A DNA stretch of 64,000 nt, taken from Octopus sinensis. Lineage: Eukaryota. The stretch spans positions 39,246,001-39,310,000 of the forward strand of contig NC_042998.1 in assembly GCF_006345805.1 (NCBI RefSeq), written 5' to 3'. The translations under genes and the position numbers were made by a program. The notes below the pieces were generated by a model. The model had not been told where the DNA came from and made no database searches. It saw nothing but the letters and a program-made list of their open reading frames with translations. This document shows, in pieces, positions 62,532-64,000 of this stretch; the stretch's first letter is position 1, and every line of letters begins with the position of its first letter.

Positions 62532-62739
62532 CTACAAGTCAAGAAAAGAAATATATTTGAAACAAAAATTATTTTCTAACTTAATTATTTCATTTATTTT
62601 TGTATTTTAATGGTGTGAATTATTTGATGATAATGTTGGGCTGAATTGGTTAATGTATTTGCGTGGATGATAAACTAATTATAAGTTCGTTTTCAAGAAC
62701 CTTCAGATTAAGCACTTCATTAATTACTCCTCAGGTAAA

Positions 62740-63885
62740 CACGTGAATCAGACTTCATCCTCATCAAGAAATGATGGAGATATTTAACTAATTGTGAATG
62801 CTCGGCCTTTCCTGAGGAAGGATGTACCAGTCAATGCAGATAAGGAATTGGTCACCCCAGGATAAGATCCAGAAGTATTCAGAAACAGAAAAAACAAGCT
62901 GTAGAAGGAAGACTCAGAAGTTAATATAGTCTACTGCTGCCATTTCTAACTTTCAAAAAATAGTCATGAGGATAGAGAGGAAGGGATAAAGGAGAATTAG
63001 ACATTTTTATGGTCTGCAAATGAAATCTGTGATGGAGTAAGACCAAATTGGAATTAGGATTATATGGTGGTGGATTAGTAGAGTAGATAGAGACACAGAA
63101 GCTAAGAGACAGTTGGTGGGTGTGGTGTGGTGAACTTATGAATAATATCAGGCAGCTAAAAGAGAAGCTACATGTTTGATAGATCTTCCAACATGGGATG
63201 CTGAAAGGAAAAGGTTTGCCTATGTTCTATGCTGTGAGAATGAGAGGCATGCCATGTGCCAGATTGTGAGGCAATACCTCAGAATTAATGAAGACATTAG
63301 AGAAAACCCATCCTCGTTAATACTGAGAAGAGAGGTGTTAGGGTAGTGACAGTACAAGCTGTTGTTGAACGAAGAGAATGCTGGAATAAAAGAGGTGGTG
63401 GTGCCAAGTGAAAAGGCAGTCATGCTCGTGCCACATACAAAGGACATGATGCCAGGTAAAAAGTATCCATGTTGGTGTCATGAAAGAGTATTTGTGCCAG
63501 TGCCACATATAAAAATCCCCTGCTGGTGTCACATATGAACTAACTGTGCCAGTGCCACATAAATAGCACCCTTGCCATTTTACCCTGTAAAAGGCCAGTG
63601 CTACATATAAAGCATCTGCACTAGTGCCACATGTGAAGCACTTGTACCATTCCACATGTAAAGCGCCTCTGCTGATGTCATGCATAATGCACTGGTGCTG
63701 GTTCCACATACAAAAGCGCCCAGTGTGCCCTGTAAAACGGTTGGCATTAGGAAGGGCATGCAGCAGACATAGAACCCTTGCCAAAACAGACAGTTGGAGC
63801 CCGGTGCAGCTCCCTCGTTTGCCAGCTCCTTGTCTAATCATGCAACCAATGCCAGCTTGGAAAATAGATGTTAAATGGTAAGGAT
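62740..63885 (+). mobile_element. Highly degenerate RTE-related relic with 3' UTR tandem units and tail
   Basis: Patches similar to the RTE APE end (SDFILIKK) and linker; 63420-63885 carries gtgccacat-aaaa units and the ttggcattaggaagggcat motif. Confidence 0.6.
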
Positions 63886-64000
63886 GAAGAGAGAGAGAGA
63901 GAGAGACTAGTTATCAAGCTTTAATGTTATATAGGAATAAGAGTTATTAAGAATGGTGCTCAGCACCCTCAGTTAGAATCTCAGCCCCTCCATCCCAGTA

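Overview
AT-rich, microsatellite-dense animal genomic DNA. The SINE and LINE families point to an octopus (inference from repeat sequences). Four intron-containing host genes are supported. (1) The last two coding exons of mitochondrial pyruvate carrier MPC2 (+, 128-1384). (2) A complete La autoantigen/SSB gene (-, 12 coding exons, 29204-12418, about 358 aa), which carries a U12-type minor intron and an apparent 1-nt deletion in the La-motif exon. (3) A complete 3-exon, 213-aa class I SAM-dependent methyltransferase of bacterial-like (YdaC-like) type (+, 44346-53023), probably sharing a bidirectional promoter with La near 33.25 kb. (4) The 3' end of a GH18 chitinase with a C-terminal CBM14 domain (-, 62531-59768). 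The remainder is mostly transposon debris: a 3-kb 5'-truncated RTE LINE whose RT contains a PHD-type finger, about 25 RTE 3'-tail copies, two tRNA-type SINE families, mariner, hAT, Helitron, piggyBac-like and foldback MITEs, and CR1, CRE, Penelope and LTR-like relics. The most unusual items are a spacerless 206-bp palindrome and a compact structured element in La intron 9, the La minor intron, the uncharacterised methyltransferase, and a chitinase donor site that doubles as a stop codon. All calls were made by eye; no database searches were run.
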